IMG/VR virus record: IMGVR_UViG_3300023174_003901
Location: 32,001 to 96,000 of that record
Reading direction: 5' to 3' (one strand)
From: a virus
Taxonomy: Duplodnaviria > Caudoviricetes
Length of the DNA stretch: 64,000 nucleotides
The notes beneath the pieces were generated by a model. That model searched no databases and was not told the origin of the DNA. It saw nothing but the letters and a program-made list of their open reading frames with translations. The translations under genes were made by a program, and so were the position numbers. Below, piece by piece: positions 10,112 to 20,505 of the stretch (the first letter of the stretch is position 1; each line of letters starts with the position of its first letter).

Positions 10112-10410
10112 TGGCCACATATAACGCAGTAAGTCCTTACTATACCACAGGATATAGCCAGTTCTTTTTGGATACAATGACCAACCGTCCTATACCCAAA
10201 AACATTGATGACCAACTGATGTTGATCAATCAAACCTATCAATACAGGCCAGATCTCTTGGCCTTTGACTTGTACAGCACTCCGGCCTTGTGGTGGGTGT
10301 TTTATCAACGCAACCCCAACACACTCACTGCTCCTCCATTGGACTTCAAGACTGGAACACAAATTTATCTGCCCAAACTCAGTACATTACGCAGTACGTT
10401 AGGATTCTAA
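10111..10410 (+). CDS. gp53: Baseplate wedge protein, gp53/LysM-like
   Basis: YQYRPDLLAFDLYSTPALWWVF motif; size and synteny fit. Confidence 0.75.
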   Translation: MATYNAVSPYYTTGYSQFFLDTMTNRPIPKNIDDQLMLINQTYQYRPDLLAFDLYSTPALWWVFYQRNPNTLTAPPLDFKTGTQIYLPKLSTLRSTLGF

Positions 10411-10414
10411 TACA

Positions 10415-11983
10415 ATGGCCACTCAAGCGCAGATTGATCTTTTCTTACAGTATTTTTTCCAGTCTTGGAACAACTCAGACCAAAGTCGTGGTGCCTACAA
10501 CAATGCCATAGCCATAGCAGAAACAAGAACAGGTTTATTAGTTGGAAGATCAATTGGTCCTGATGGCCAAATATTAAATATTCCTGGCGTAATCGATTCG
10601 TCACTGATTCCTACTTTTCAAAGTTTAACAGGAGGCCGGGCTGTGGTCAGTTCGGGTGCCATTGTAGGTAATGCTAATTTGGCTCGAGATGAAGGAGCCA
10701 ACGCCACACGCCCACCGGTAGGACAGGAAATAGTTACTCCTACCGGCCGTATTGAACCTGCAGGAGAGGGATCAGGCACAAATGCTACAACTACCCCTAC
10801 TACTGAAAACAATCCCACAGCAGGCACAGATGCCAATGTGCGACCAATTAGTCAAACACAGGCAATTAACAATCAAAGCAATAGAGCCACAGCCGGTGCA
10901 GGACAGGCCACAGCCGGTTTTGCCGCAAGTGATCCTCGTAGAACAGATACAGGTGGTCCAGGTGCCGGCGCAAGAGGAGATGACAATACTCCACAAACAC
11001 CAAGTGTTGTGGTCAACAGATTGAATGATCTTTACGCTGCCAAAAACAATTACATACGCGAACGATCAAACGTGCTCGACGACTATTTTAGTTACACATA
11101 TTCTCTCAGTTGGTATCTAACCACGCCTGTTTCTTATAACTCAACTATTGATAGTATCAAACAAAGTCTCAACGGATATTACTTGTTGGCGCAAAGTGGA
11201 GGAGCAGGTACTGCACCGGGTGTAAGAAAACCAGCACCTGGAATTGATATTTATTTTCCGGCATACGATAAAAAATATCAAGACACGGTGCCTGGAAGCA
11301 CAGTAACTGGAGCGGAACGCAGTCCTTATTTTAACCTGGACTATTATCTGGATAATCTAACAATTGAAACTGCCTATTCAGCCGGTATCAATTCTGGTGG
11401 TCCAATGACCTATAAAAATATATCATTTACTGTCAGTGAGCCCAATGGAGTTACACTGCCATTAAATCTTTATCGTGCTGTCAATGAAGTATATGCCCAA
11501 ACAGTTACAAAAAGTTCTGATGCTGGTTCTTTTGTAAATTATGCATCTGCAATGTACTGCCTGGTCATACGTTTCTATGGCTATGACGAACAAGGAAACT
11601 TAGCACTACCAATAAAGAACGGTGTGGGGAGTACCGATCCCAATGCCGCTGTGGAAAAATTTATATTCTACCAACAAACCAGTTTGAATTATTCAGTGGG
11701 TAGCAAGTTGACAGAATATCGAATTACTGGAGCCTCGCCATCTACCAATATTGGATTCAGTGTTAACCGGGGTAGTATTCCTTTCAACATGCAGTTTACG
11801 GGGGCCACAGTAAAAGATGTGTTAGTTGGTCAAGTGAAACAACAGACAGCAAGTCAGGCTGCAGGAGACAATACTAGAAATGGTAAGCCGATTGCCTCAG
11901 CACCACCAGGAAATTCAAACCCAACACCAACCGATTCTCAACTACCCGCAATTGATGTTGCAACCGCAGGAGGAAATTTTTAA
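10415..11983 (+). CDS. Baseplate hub protein, N-terminal part (gp27-like)
   Basis: NVLDDYFSYTYSLSWY...ISFTVSEPNG...LVIRFYGYD; lies between gp53 and gp5. Confidence 0.55.
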   Translation: MATQAQIDLFLQYFFQSWNNSDQSRGAYNNAIAIAETRTGLLVGRSIGPDGQILNIPGVIDSSLIPTFQSLTGGRAVVSSGAIVGNANLARDEGANATRPPVGQEIVTPTGRIEPAGEGSGTNATTTPTTENNPTAGTDANVRPISQTQAINNQSNRATAGAGQATAGFAASDPRRTDTGGPGAGARGDDNTPQTPSVVVNRLNDLYAAKNNYIRERSNVLDDYFSYTYSLSWYLTTPVSYNSTIDSIKQSLNGYYLLAQSGGAGTAPGVRKPAPGIDIYFPAYDKKYQDTVPGSTVTGAERSPYFNLDYYLDNLTIETAYSAGINSGGPMTYKNISFTVSEPNGVTLPLNLYRAVNEVYAQTVTKSSDAGSFVNYASAMYCLVIRFYGYDEQGNLALPIKNGVGSTDPNAAVEKFIFYQQTSLNYSVGSKLTEYRITGASPSTNIGFSVNRGSIPFNMQFTGATVKDVLVGQVKQQTASQAAGDNTRNGKPIASAPPGNSNPTPTDSQLPAIDVATAGGNF

Positions 11984-13653
11984 TGGCTGATGTAGTTTTT
12001 GCTGAAAATGGTGGCGGTGCGGCATTTGGTAATCCTAGTATTACCAGGCAAGGTCGTGCCGGTGGTGCCACACAAGTGGCCTCTACTGCTACTACTGCCC
12101 CGCCCAATGCCAGCGCGGCACCAAAACCTTCTACACCTACTGTGGGCACCGGACTTGTGGCAGCCCTGAACAATTTTCAATTAAACTTATTGAAGGGTGG
12201 ACAGATTGAGATTGCTGACATTTATGAAATTCAATTTCCTGATGTACGTTTTGGTAAAATTATTTCTGATGCATCAATTGTACCCCCAGGCGGTCTTGAC
12301 AAGGGACTGGCTGTTGGTGCCGCAGGCGGCTCTGCCGCTGATAAACTTTTGCCTAACAAGCAAAGTATGGATCCAAAATCTCGGGCTCGGGCAGCCAGTG
12401 CAGGACAACAGATTGTGCAATTTATTGACCAGGTCATAAGAAGTAGCAGTTACATACAAGATCAATCTGGAGAAATTTGGAATCAATCAATTGGCAAATG
12501 GGAAAAGTCCACTGCAAGAGCACAACAGTTTGCTTGGTTTCAAGTGCTTTGTAATATAGACATACTGGGATATGATTACAAAAGAAAAGATCATGCCTAT
12601 CGCATGGTGTTTACTGTTGTACCTTTTGAAACTCCTATGTTGAGCACCTACTTCCCATCAGGCAAATACAGAGGAGTTCACAAGTCATATCGATACTGGT
12701 TCACAGGCGAAAACAATTCAATTATAAGTTTTGAACAGTCATTTAACAATCAATGGACACAGGCCATTACAGGAACCACCTCACCAGACACGCGAGTACA
12801 AAAAGCCAATTTCCAAGCCAATCCAAATTATCAAGAAACTTGGAAAACCAATGTGTTTCCTGCCAGTGGTCAAAGTAATCAAGGTGGCGACAAATATACC
12901 AATGAGCCAGGTGCCAACGCCGCAGATTTTTTGTACACTGCGGACCTGGCCACAGCAAAAATAACCATAGTGGGAGATCCTGCATGGTTACCTAGTCCAT
13001 TGACAGATTATGTGTCCCCAGAAATGTTTACAACATCACCTTTCCTGGCTGACGGAACCATTAACTCAGTAGCAAGTGGAGCATATTTTCAAATTACATT
13101 CAACACCCCGGCTGATTACAATTTACAAACAGGATTAATAGATCCTTCTACTGCACCTAGTGGCACTGGTAATAGTAACACAGTGTCAACTGTATATGTC
13201 GCAACCAAAGCAACACATATATTTAAAAGTGGTAAATTTACCCAAGAACTCGAAGGTGCTTGGGTCACATACGATGCAAGTGTACAAACCAGCGCATCGT
13301 CTTCTGCATCTTCTGCTGTTCGAGAAACAAAAACCCCAATTGACAAGGCGTCTCGACAACGACAACAGCAACAGGAAACACAAAATCGAGCAGTTGGATC
13401 TCAGCAAACAAGTTTGGGCAAAGGCGTACAACAAATTCTACATCCTGTTGACGTGCCGCCCACTGCCAGTGATGCTGAGTTACGTGGATCACCTGCTTAT
13501 ATTGAAGCCCGCAAGGCAGGCAAGATTGATGCGCAAGCATTAGAGATTGCAAGAGCCGCGTCGGCTGCTGGTACAAACAATAATCAGGGCACCGCACTTC
13601 CTGGCATACGTACAGGACCACAGAGAATAGTTAAAGATGGTAATCCCGGATAA
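11983..13653 (+). CDS. Baseplate hub protein, C-terminal part (gp27-like)
   Basis: KSYRYWFTGEN...ITIVGDPAWL...HIFKSGKFTQELEG; has its own GGAGG SD and a TAATG overlap. Confidence 0.55.
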   Translation: MADVVFAENGGGAAFGNPSITRQGRAGGATQVASTATTAPPNASAAPKPSTPTVGTGLVAALNNFQLNLLKGGQIEIADIYEIQFPDVRFGKIISDASIVPPGGLDKGLAVGAAGGSAADKLLPNKQSMDPKSRARAASAGQQIVQFIDQVIRSSSYIQDQSGEIWNQSIGKWEKSTARAQQFAWFQVLCNIDILGYDYKRKDHAYRMVFTVVPFETPMLSTYFPSGKYRGVHKSYRYWFTGENNSIISFEQSFNNQWTQAITGTTSPDTRVQKANFQANPNYQETWKTNVFPASGQSNQGGDKYTNEPGANAADFLYTADLATAKITIVGDPAWLPSPLTDYVSPEMFTTSPFLADGTINSVASGAYFQITFNTPADYNLQTGLIDPSTAPSGTGNSNTVSTVYVATKATHIFKSGKFTQELEGAWVTYDASVQTSASSSASSAVRETKTPIDKASRQRQQQQETQNRAVGSQQTSLGKGVQQILHPVDVPPTASDAELRGSPAYIEARKAGKIDAQALEIARAASAAGTNNNQGTALPGIRTGPQRIVKDGNPG

Positions 13654-13662
13654 GGAAAAGCA

Positions 13663-15174
13663 ATGGCAGAAAATCTAGAGCGAAGTTCAGGAAGAGCAGA
13701 AAATTTTAAATTTGATCGCGGCGGCCAAATTGCCGACGTGGGTCCGTTTGTGGGCGTGGTCAAAAACAATGTGGACAGCATTCGATCTGGTAGACTATGG
13801 GTATACATTGAGCAGTTCAGCGGAGACAATCCAGAAGACAATGCCAGCGGCTGGCGCCTGGTCAACTACTTGCCTCCTTTCTACGGTGTTACAGAAAAAA
13901 CCAGTACCAGTGTGGGCACAGGAACCTATCCAGGCAATCAACAAAGTTATGGCATGTGGTTTACTCCCCCAGACATTGGCACACGAGTGCTGTGTTTCTT
14001 TGTGAATGGTGATCCTAACCTTGGCTACTACCTAGGGTGTATACCAGACCCTGGTGTGAATCGCATGATTCCAGCCATTGGTGCTGTTCCTAAAAGTCAA
14101 TATGTTCCTGGCAACAAAGCACAGACTGCTTATTTTGCAAACTCACCACAATTGCCAGTGACCGAAATCAACAATGAAAACGAACAGATTGATAAAAATC
14201 CCAAGTTCTATGAGCAACCTAAACCAGTTCATTCAGTACAGGCCGCAATATATTTTCAGCAAGGGTTAAACAACGATCCTGAACGTGGTCCCATTGGATC
14301 AAGCGCACAACGAGAAAGCCCTAGCACGGTTTATGGTATATCAACTCCAGGAACACCCATTTATGCTGGTGGTCAAGATCCCAACACAATTCGTAAACAA
14401 CTGAGCGAAGGCGGAGTGAGAGATGCTGACGTTCAAGTGATCGGTCGCTATGGTGGCCACACTCTGGTCATGGACGACGGCGACCTTGATGGCAACAATG
14501 CGTTGTTCCGCATGAGATCGGCCAAAGGTCATCAGGTCATGATGAACGACTCAGCAGACTTTATCTACATTGCTCATGCCAATGGTCAAACCTGGATTGA
14601 ACTAGGAGTTGAAGGCACAGTGGATGTGTATTCCACAAACAGTGTAAACGTTCGCACAGAAGGCACAATTAACTTACACGCTGACAAAGACATCAACATG
14701 TATGCTGGAGGCAACATCAGTATGAAGAGTGGCGCGGCCACCAACATTGGTGCAGTGACCACAATGAATCTAGCCGCTGAAGCAGGCATGACCTTATACA
14801 GCACAGCCGCTCTAGGAGTTCGCAGTGATGGTAGTTTGAGTCTGCAAGGTGCAACCAGTTCCTGGCAAGGCGGAACAAAACTAGCACTCAAGGCAGGACG
14901 TATTGATCTCAACGGTGGGTCAGCCAAAACGGTAACACCTCCTAAACTGTATCCCAAGCGTACTCTTGATGATACTACTTTTAACAACAGCACAGGTTGG
15001 CAAGTTAAAACAGGTGCTCTAGAAAGTATTGTCACCCGGGCACCCACACATGAGCCCTATCGATATCACAACCAAGGGGTGAGTGTGGTAGTAGATTTTG
15101 TTGATGGACAGCCTACACCACCGCCCACGGCCGAACCTGTGCCCGCAGGATGGAATTTTCAAGTCAAGTCATGA
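13663..15174 (+). CDS. gp5: Baseplate central spike, gp5/VgrG-like, with no lysozyme domain
   Basis: OB-fold N-terminus (GPFVGVVKNNVD...GRLWVYI, YGMWFTPPDIGTRVLCFF) and C-terminal beta-strand repeats. Confidence 0.8.
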   Translation: MAENLERSSGRAENFKFDRGGQIADVGPFVGVVKNNVDSIRSGRLWVYIEQFSGDNPEDNASGWRLVNYLPPFYGVTEKTSTSVGTGTYPGNQQSYGMWFTPPDIGTRVLCFFVNGDPNLGYYLGCIPDPGVNRMIPAIGAVPKSQYVPGNKAQTAYFANSPQLPVTEINNENEQIDKNPKFYEQPKPVHSVQAAIYFQQGLNNDPERGPIGSSAQRESPSTVYGISTPGTPIYAGGQDPNTIRKQLSEGGVRDADVQVIGRYGGHTLVMDDGDLDGNNALFRMRSAKGHQVMMNDSADFIYIAHANGQTWIELGVEGTVDVYSTNSVNVRTEGTINLHADKDINMYAGGNISMKSGAATNIGAVTTMNLAAEAGMTLYSTAALGVRSDGSLSLQGATSSWQGGTKLALKAGRIDLNGGSAKTVTPPKLYPKRTLDDTTFNNSTGWQVKTGALESIVTRAPTHEPYRYHNQGVSVVVDFVDGQPTPPPTAEPVPAGWNFQVKS

Positions 15175-16625
15175 ACGTTTTTAAGTTTATTACCCCAACA
15201 GGTCAACAAGTTGAATTGACAGGACCAGCCGGGTCCACCTACGATCAAGCCCTGGCTGTTTTTAATCAACAATCAGCGACTGGTAGCCTAACAGGACTAC
15301 GAGCCGGTGATGTGTTGAACAGTTTAATACAGGCCAAAGGTGGTCTTGCTACAGCCTTGAGTCAAGTTACAGGATCGATCACCCCCGGCACGCTGTCACA
15401 AATTGCTGGGGCTGTAACAAAAATACCAAATTTGCCAGCATTGAATCCCACTACAATATCAACTTTTGTTAACACGCCAGTACTGGCAGGCAGTACAGTA
15501 GGTCCACTATCAACAACACAAGTACAAGGATTACTTTCGTCTACTGCCGCTTCAGTGAATCAGCCGGCTACAGAAATTACCAACGAAAAAGGTCTGGGCA
15601 CATACGGACTCACACCAGACCAATTGCAACAGGCAGGCTTAATCAAGCCCGGCACAGCAGAATTGATCAATCAAGACCCTGCAACCTTGGTCAGCACTCT
15701 CAGTAGTCCCACAGTATGGACTGGAGTAGGTGGTGCAGACAGTCTGGATTCTGTACTAGCAAATCCAGTCCTACAAAGTGCGGCGCAACAAAGCACATTA
15801 GCAACCAGTTACAACAACCTATCTGATTTAGGAATTGTATCTACCACTACAAATAACCTACTGAGTTCCAACACAGATCTGGGTGCAGTGGTCAACAATG
15901 CGGCCAACTATGGTGTTAGTGCTACTACTGCCTGGTTAAACAACACAGTGGGCGGTAGTGAAATTGGTCAATTGACCACATCTGCTATTCAATCTGTGTT
16001 TGGTATAAATTTTAGCACAGTGAACCAATCTGTCAGCGGCGGAGGTAATCCTTTACAAACAGGTGTTCAAACTCCTAGAGGATTTTCCAACACAGTGAAT
16101 CGTTCAGTGATAGATGCTAGTTTTAACAGTATTATTGGCAACAACAAAATCCCCAGAAATATATTTGCCAATCCCAGTTTGGGAATTGACATACGAACAC
16201 AGGCTACCCAACTCAGCACAATCAATCAATCAGCATCAATACTACTCACACAGTTGGCATCAACTGCTGCCGGTGTTGCCGCGTTGTCTCAAATACCAGG
16301 AGCAGATAATATCCTGAGTCTGCTCAAATCAGGTCAGGGACTTGTGAGTGAAATAAAAGGTGCCGCCAACTTGCTTGATCAAGCAAAAAACTTACCCGGT
16401 GTTGGTGCACTGTTAAAAGATGTACCTGGATCAGGAGAAGTGTTAGCAGGCCTCCAGCAGTACGGAACAGCAATATTCACAGAAGGACTCGATGCGTTAG
16501 GTTTGGATGTTACATCAATCACAAACTTTGATGTTTCGGAGTTGCTGGGAGGTGCAGATCAAGTGATAGAAATTGCACAAGAGTATGCCGCTGAGGCCTT
16601 TGAGTTTATTAGTAGTTTCTGGTAA
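15171..16625 (+). CDS. Baseplate-associated protein with a possible degenerate lysozyme-like domain
   Basis: ATGA-coupled start at 15171; GLGTYGLTPDQLQQAGLIKPG...WTG...LANPVLQ resembles phage tail-lysozyme segments. Confidence 0.45.
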   Translation: MNVFKFITPTGQQVELTGPAGSTYDQALAVFNQQSATGSLTGLRAGDVLNSLIQAKGGLATALSQVTGSITPGTLSQIAGAVTKIPNLPALNPTTISTFVNTPVLAGSTVGPLSTTQVQGLLSSTAASVNQPATEITNEKGLGTYGLTPDQLQQAGLIKPGTAELINQDPATLVSTLSSPTVWTGVGGADSLDSVLANPVLQSAAQQSTLATSYNNLSDLGIVSTTTNNLLSSNTDLGAVVNNAANYGVSATTAWLNNTVGGSEIGQLTTSAIQSVFGINFSTVNQSVSGGGNPLQTGVQTPRGFSNTVNRSVIDASFNSIIGNNKIPRNIFANPSLGIDIRTQATQLSTINQSASILLTQLASTAAGVAALSQIPGADNILSLLKSGQGLVSEIKGAANLLDQAKNLPGVGALLKDVPGSGEVLAGLQQYGTAIFTEGLDALGLDVTSITNFDVSELLGGADQVIEIAQEYAAEAFEFISSFW

Positions 16626-16635
16626 TTTAGGAACA

Positions 16636-16641
16636 TAAATA
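16636..16641 (+). promoter_or_regulatory. Late promoter core TAAATA (leaderless gp25 mRNA)
   Basis: CATAAATA, then 5 nt, then ATG at 16647; no SD. Confidence 0.65.
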
Positions 16642-16646
16642 CTTGT

Positions 16647-17021
16647 ATGGCCACATTTATCGGTTATAGCACCATCAATCAATACAAGAAATTTACTCTC
16701 ACTGACGGTGAATTAGTCAAACGTGATCTTCTCAATGCCTTTAATATTCGTCAAGGCTCTTTGCCTGGGCGACCTGACTACGGATCTACGTTGCTGGACT
16801 ATATTTTTGAAAATCAAGACACAACCACAGAACGTGCCATCATAGCAGAAATACAACGAATTGCCGCTGGCGATCCAAGAATTTACATTAGTGATTTGAA
16901 CTTTTATCCTCAAGAAAACGGAGTCTTGATAGAATTGCAAGTGCAGATTGTTCCAGGTACTAACACTGAACAATTGAGCATATTTTTTGACCAAGCAACA
17001 AGACAAGCCGGCTTTGTATAA
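16647..17021 (+). CDS. gp25: Baseplate wedge subunit gp25-like
   Basis: LLNAFNIRQG...RPDYGS...DPRI motif; 124 aa. Confidence 0.9.
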   Translation: MATFIGYSTINQYKKFTLTDGELVKRDLLNAFNIRQGSLPGRPDYGSTLLDYIFENQDTTTERAIIAEIQRIAAGDPRIYISDLNFYPQENGVLIELQVQIVPGTNTEQLSIFFDQATRQAGFV

Positions 17022-17048
17022 CTACGCCGTTTATTTTTGCAATAAATA
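17017..17048 (+). promoter_or_regulatory. Late promoter TAAATA with upstream TATAACTACG element
   Basis: TATAACTACG (17017-17026), T-tract, TAAATA (17043-17048), ahead of gp6. Confidence 0.55.
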
Positions 17049-17064
17049 AAAGAAACGGACTACT

Positions 17065-20000
17065 ATGGCACGAACTACTAGACAAACAGTTGTATTTGGC
17101 GTTGAAGATTGGAAAAGAATCTATCAAACCTATCGCGAAGCAGACTTCCAAAGTTATGACTTTGAGACCCTGCGCAAGAGTTTTGTAGACTACATACGTC
17201 AATACTATCCTGAAAGTTTCAATGACTACATTGAAAGTTCAGAATTTATTGCCATGCTAGATGTGATTGCATTCATGGGTCAAGCCATGAGTTTCCGCAA
17301 TGATTTAAACACCAGAGAGAACTATCTAGGCACAGCCGAACGCAGAGACAGCGTGGTCAAACTGGCCGAACTGGTCAGTTACACTCCCAAACGCAACCAG
17401 GCCGCACAAGGGTATCTCAAAGTATTCAGCGCACAAACTACAGAAAACGTCACTGACTTTAATGGCGTTAATCTAGCCAACGTTACCATAAACTGGAATG
17501 ATCCTACCAACTTCAATTGGGTTGAGCAGTTTACCGCTATTCTCAATGCAGCCTTGGTCAACACACAACGTGTGGGTCGTCCAGGCGCTAAACAAACTGT
17601 TGTAGGAGTTGATACATCCGAATACAGTATCAATCTTGTGCCAGGATTTTTGCCAGTGATTCCTTACACTGCCACTGTAGATGGCATCAACATGCCATTT
17701 GAGGCAGTGAACTCAACATCTGTAGGTCGTGATTATGTGTATGAGCCTAGTCCTTTACCCAACGGCATTTTTAATGTGCTGTTCCGTAATGATCAACTGG
17801 GTTTTGCCAGTGCCAACACCGGTTACTTTTTTTACTTCAAACAAGGTGTATTACAAAGTCAAGATTTTAATCTTGGCGAGCGCATTGCCAATCGCACAGT
17901 CAACATCAATATTGAAGGAGTCAACAACGAAGACCGTTGGTTGTATCAGTTAGACACTGTGGGCAATGTACAATACGAATGGCAGTATGTACAAAGTGTG
18001 TATGCCGCTGCCACAGAACAACTAGCCCCTGATCAAAGAAAACTATTTTCAGTAGTCAGTAGAACCAATGACCAAATTACGCTGACCTTTGGTGATGGTG
18101 TATTCAGCACTATACCAGTGGGAACGTTCCGTGCTTATGTTCGCGCTTCAAATGGATTACAGTATATTATCAATCCTGAAGAAATGCAAAGTGTGATCAT
18201 ACCTATCAGTTATGTAAGCCGCACTGGACAACTTGAAACAATCACATTCACCTGTGGTATCACACAACCTGTGTCAAATGCACAGCCTCGAGAAACCATT
18301 GACGAAATCAAACAACGTGCTCCTGCTAGATACTACACACAGAACCGCATGGTCAACGGCGAAGACTATGTTAATTTTCCCTTCACACTTTACAATTCTA
18401 TTATCAAGAGTAATGCAGTAAATCGTGCCAGTATCGGAACGTCAAGATATCTTGAGTTAGTGGACAACACCGGCAAATACTCAAGTACCAATACTTTTGG
18501 CAGCGATGGTGCCTTATGGGAAGAAAATCAATTGCCAACTTTTGATTTCACCTGGCTAACACGCAACGACATTGCCACTGTGATTACCAACAATGTTCAA
18601 CCTTTACTGGCCTCCACTGGGTTGAATCAATTCTATTATGCAAACTTTCCAAGACCTGATCTTGTTGTACTGAATTTTACCTGGAATCAAAGCACAACGT
18701 TGGCCAACGAAACCACAGGTTATTTTGTAAATGCATCAGGAAACCCTGCAGCCATCGGAACCTACAGTAGCACTGTTAGCAAATACATACAAATTGGATC
18801 TTTGGTGCAATTTGTTCCTCCTGCTGGTTACTACTTTGACAGCAACAATCGACTCAAATTAGGAACACCTTCACAAGACAATGACAAGTTGGTCATCTGG
18901 GCCAGCCCCATGGCAATTGTGACAGACGGAACCAATCAAGGTCAAGGCAACTTTAGCAACGGCACAGGTCCAGTTACACTCAACAACTTTGTGCCCACAG
19001 GTGCTATTCCTGTTGCAGTTATTCCGCTGTTTGTGACCAACTTGCCTAACACCGTAGTCACCAGTATTACTGATCAAATTTTATTGTATCGCAATTTTGG
19101 CCTGGGCTACGACAACGAAACTGCTACCTGGTATGTAATTACCAGCACCAATTTAGCAGTAGATGCACCGTTCAGTTTGGCCAATGCACAAAACACATCA
19201 GGAACCAATCAGGATGCTAGTTGGCTAATTGAGTTTGTGACCAATGGAAGCACGTACACAGTGACTAGCCGGGCGCTGTTTTATTTGTTTGGCTCAGTGC
19301 TACAAACTAGATTCTTCTTTGAAACTGATCAACGCATCTATGACAGCCGCACAGGCACAGTAATTGCTGACTTTGTGAATGTATTAAAAACCAATTCTAG
19401 ACCTGATGTAAATATTCCTTTGCCTGGTGATATAAAAATGGCCATTGTCGGCCAACCAGTAGAAAGCGATGGTTATGTTGATGACTATCAGGTGTTTGTG
19501 AGTTATCAAGACTCAGACAATGACGGAGTACCCGATGATCCAGATTTCTTTGATGAAATTGTAGCCCCTAGCGTGAACCCTAGTACCAAGTGGGTTTTCT
19601 TTGAAAAGACCGTGGACTTTGACAATCTACAACGCTATCTTTTGGTTGACCCTGGGCGGGTAAATTCTGAATATGCTACCAAAGATGATGTTGAAGCGGT
19701 ACTGTTGCAGTTTGTACCTGGACAGATATTTTATGCATACGATCAGGTCATAACAGTTGGACCATTGGCCGGCCAAACAGGTGCCTTCTATGAACTAGTT
19801 ATCAGTGGAACAGGTGTGCGTAGCCTGGTTGAAGCGTCAGGCGACTGGCTGGCAAGAGTTGGCCGACAGAGCCTATATTATCAATACAGACACAATGCCG
19901 CATTGACCAGTAGAATTGATCCAGGTACCACCAATATCATTGATGTGTATGTGGTCAATCAAGCCTACTATACTGCCTATCAAAATTGGTTAAGAGATGT

Positions 20001-20505
20001 CACAAACACGGTACCCAAGCCCGCAGTTCCTACCATAGATGAACTTAGCACAGCATATCAAGGACTCAATGACTACAAAATGATCAGCGACAACGTGGTT
20101 GTAAACAGCGTGGTTTTCAAGCCATTGTTTGGACCCAAAGCAGCCAAAGAGTTGCAGGCCACCATCAAGGTCATCCGTGCCGCAGATAGCACTGCCAGCG
20201 AAAGCGAAATAAGAAATCTAGTGGTTGCAAATTTAAACGATTATTTTAGCATTGACAAGTGGGAATTTGGACAGACATTTTACTTCTCAGAATTGGCAGC
20301 ATATATCCACTCTAATATGGGCGGCGTGGTAAGTTCAGTGGTACTGGTGCCACTAGACCCATTAAAAAGTTTTGGTGATTTGTATGAAATACGCAGTGCC
20401 CCTAGTGAAATATTTGTCAACGGCGCCGGAGTCACCAGTGTGGAAGTAATTACTGCATTGACCAGTACCAATATTAGAACTGCATCCGGCAGTGGAGTAA
20501 TTTAA
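17065..20505 (+). CDS. gp6: Baseplate wedge subunit gp6-like
   Basis: DFQSYDFETLR...SSEFIAMLD...AERRDSV; FGDGVF; ETIDEIKQRAP...RMVNGEDY. Confidence 0.9.
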   Translation: MARTTRQTVVFGVEDWKRIYQTYREADFQSYDFETLRKSFVDYIRQYYPESFNDYIESSEFIAMLDVIAFMGQAMSFRNDLNTRENYLGTAERRDSVVKLAELVSYTPKRNQAAQGYLKVFSAQTTENVTDFNGVNLANVTINWNDPTNFNWVEQFTAILNAALVNTQRVGRPGAKQTVVGVDTSEYSINLVPGFLPVIPYTATVDGINMPFEAVNSTSVGRDYVYEPSPLPNGIFNVLFRNDQLGFASANTGYFFYFKQGVLQSQDFNLGERIANRTVNINIEGVNNEDRWLYQLDTVGNVQYEWQYVQSVYAAATEQLAPDQRKLFSVVSRTNDQITLTFGDGVFSTIPVGTFRAYVRASNGLQYIINPEEMQSVIIPISYVSRTGQLETITFTCGITQPVSNAQPRETIDEIKQRAPARYYTQNRMVNGEDYVNFPFTLYNSIIKSNAVNRASIGTSRYLELVDNTGKYSSTNTFGSDGALWEENQLPTFDFTWLTRNDIATVITNNVQPLLASTGLNQFYYANFPRPDLVVLNFTWNQSTTLANETTGYFVNASGNPAAIGTYSSTVSKYIQIGSLVQFVPPAGYYFDSNNRLKLGTPSQDNDKLVIWASPMAIVTDGTNQGQGNFSNGTGPVTLNNFVPTGAIPVAVIPLFVTNLPNTVVTSITDQILLYRNFGLGYDNETATWYVITSTNLAVDAPFSLANAQNTSGTNQDASWLIEFVTNGSTYTVTSRALFYLFGSVLQTRFFFETDQRIYDSRTGTVIADFVNVLKTNSRPDVNIPLPGDIKMAIVGQPVESDGYVDDYQVFVSYQDSDNDGVPDDPDFFDEIVAPSVNPSTKWVFFEKTVDFDNLQRYLLVDPGRVNSEYATKDDVEAVLLQFVPGQIFYAYDQVITVGPLAGQTGAFYELVISGTGVRSLVEASGDWLARVGRQSLYYQYRHNAALTSRIDPGTTNIIDVYVVNQAYYTAYQNWLRDVTNTVPKPAVPTIDELSTAYQGLNDYKMISDNVVVNSVVFKPLFGPKAAKELQATIKVIRAADSTASESEIRNLVVANLNDYFSIDKWEFGQTFYFSELAAYIHSNMGGVVSSVVLVPLDPLKSFGDLYEIRSAPSEIFVNGAGVTSVEVITALTSTNIRTASGSGVI

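Noticed and set aside
11981-11985. Possible sequencing frameshift or pseudogene splitting the hub
   Set aside because: A clean TAATG overlap with a GGAGG SD indicates two real genes.
13355-13380. Short Gln run (QRQQQQET) in the hub C-terminus
   Set aside because: Mixed CAA/CAG/CGA codons in a low-complexity linker; not a contingency repeat.
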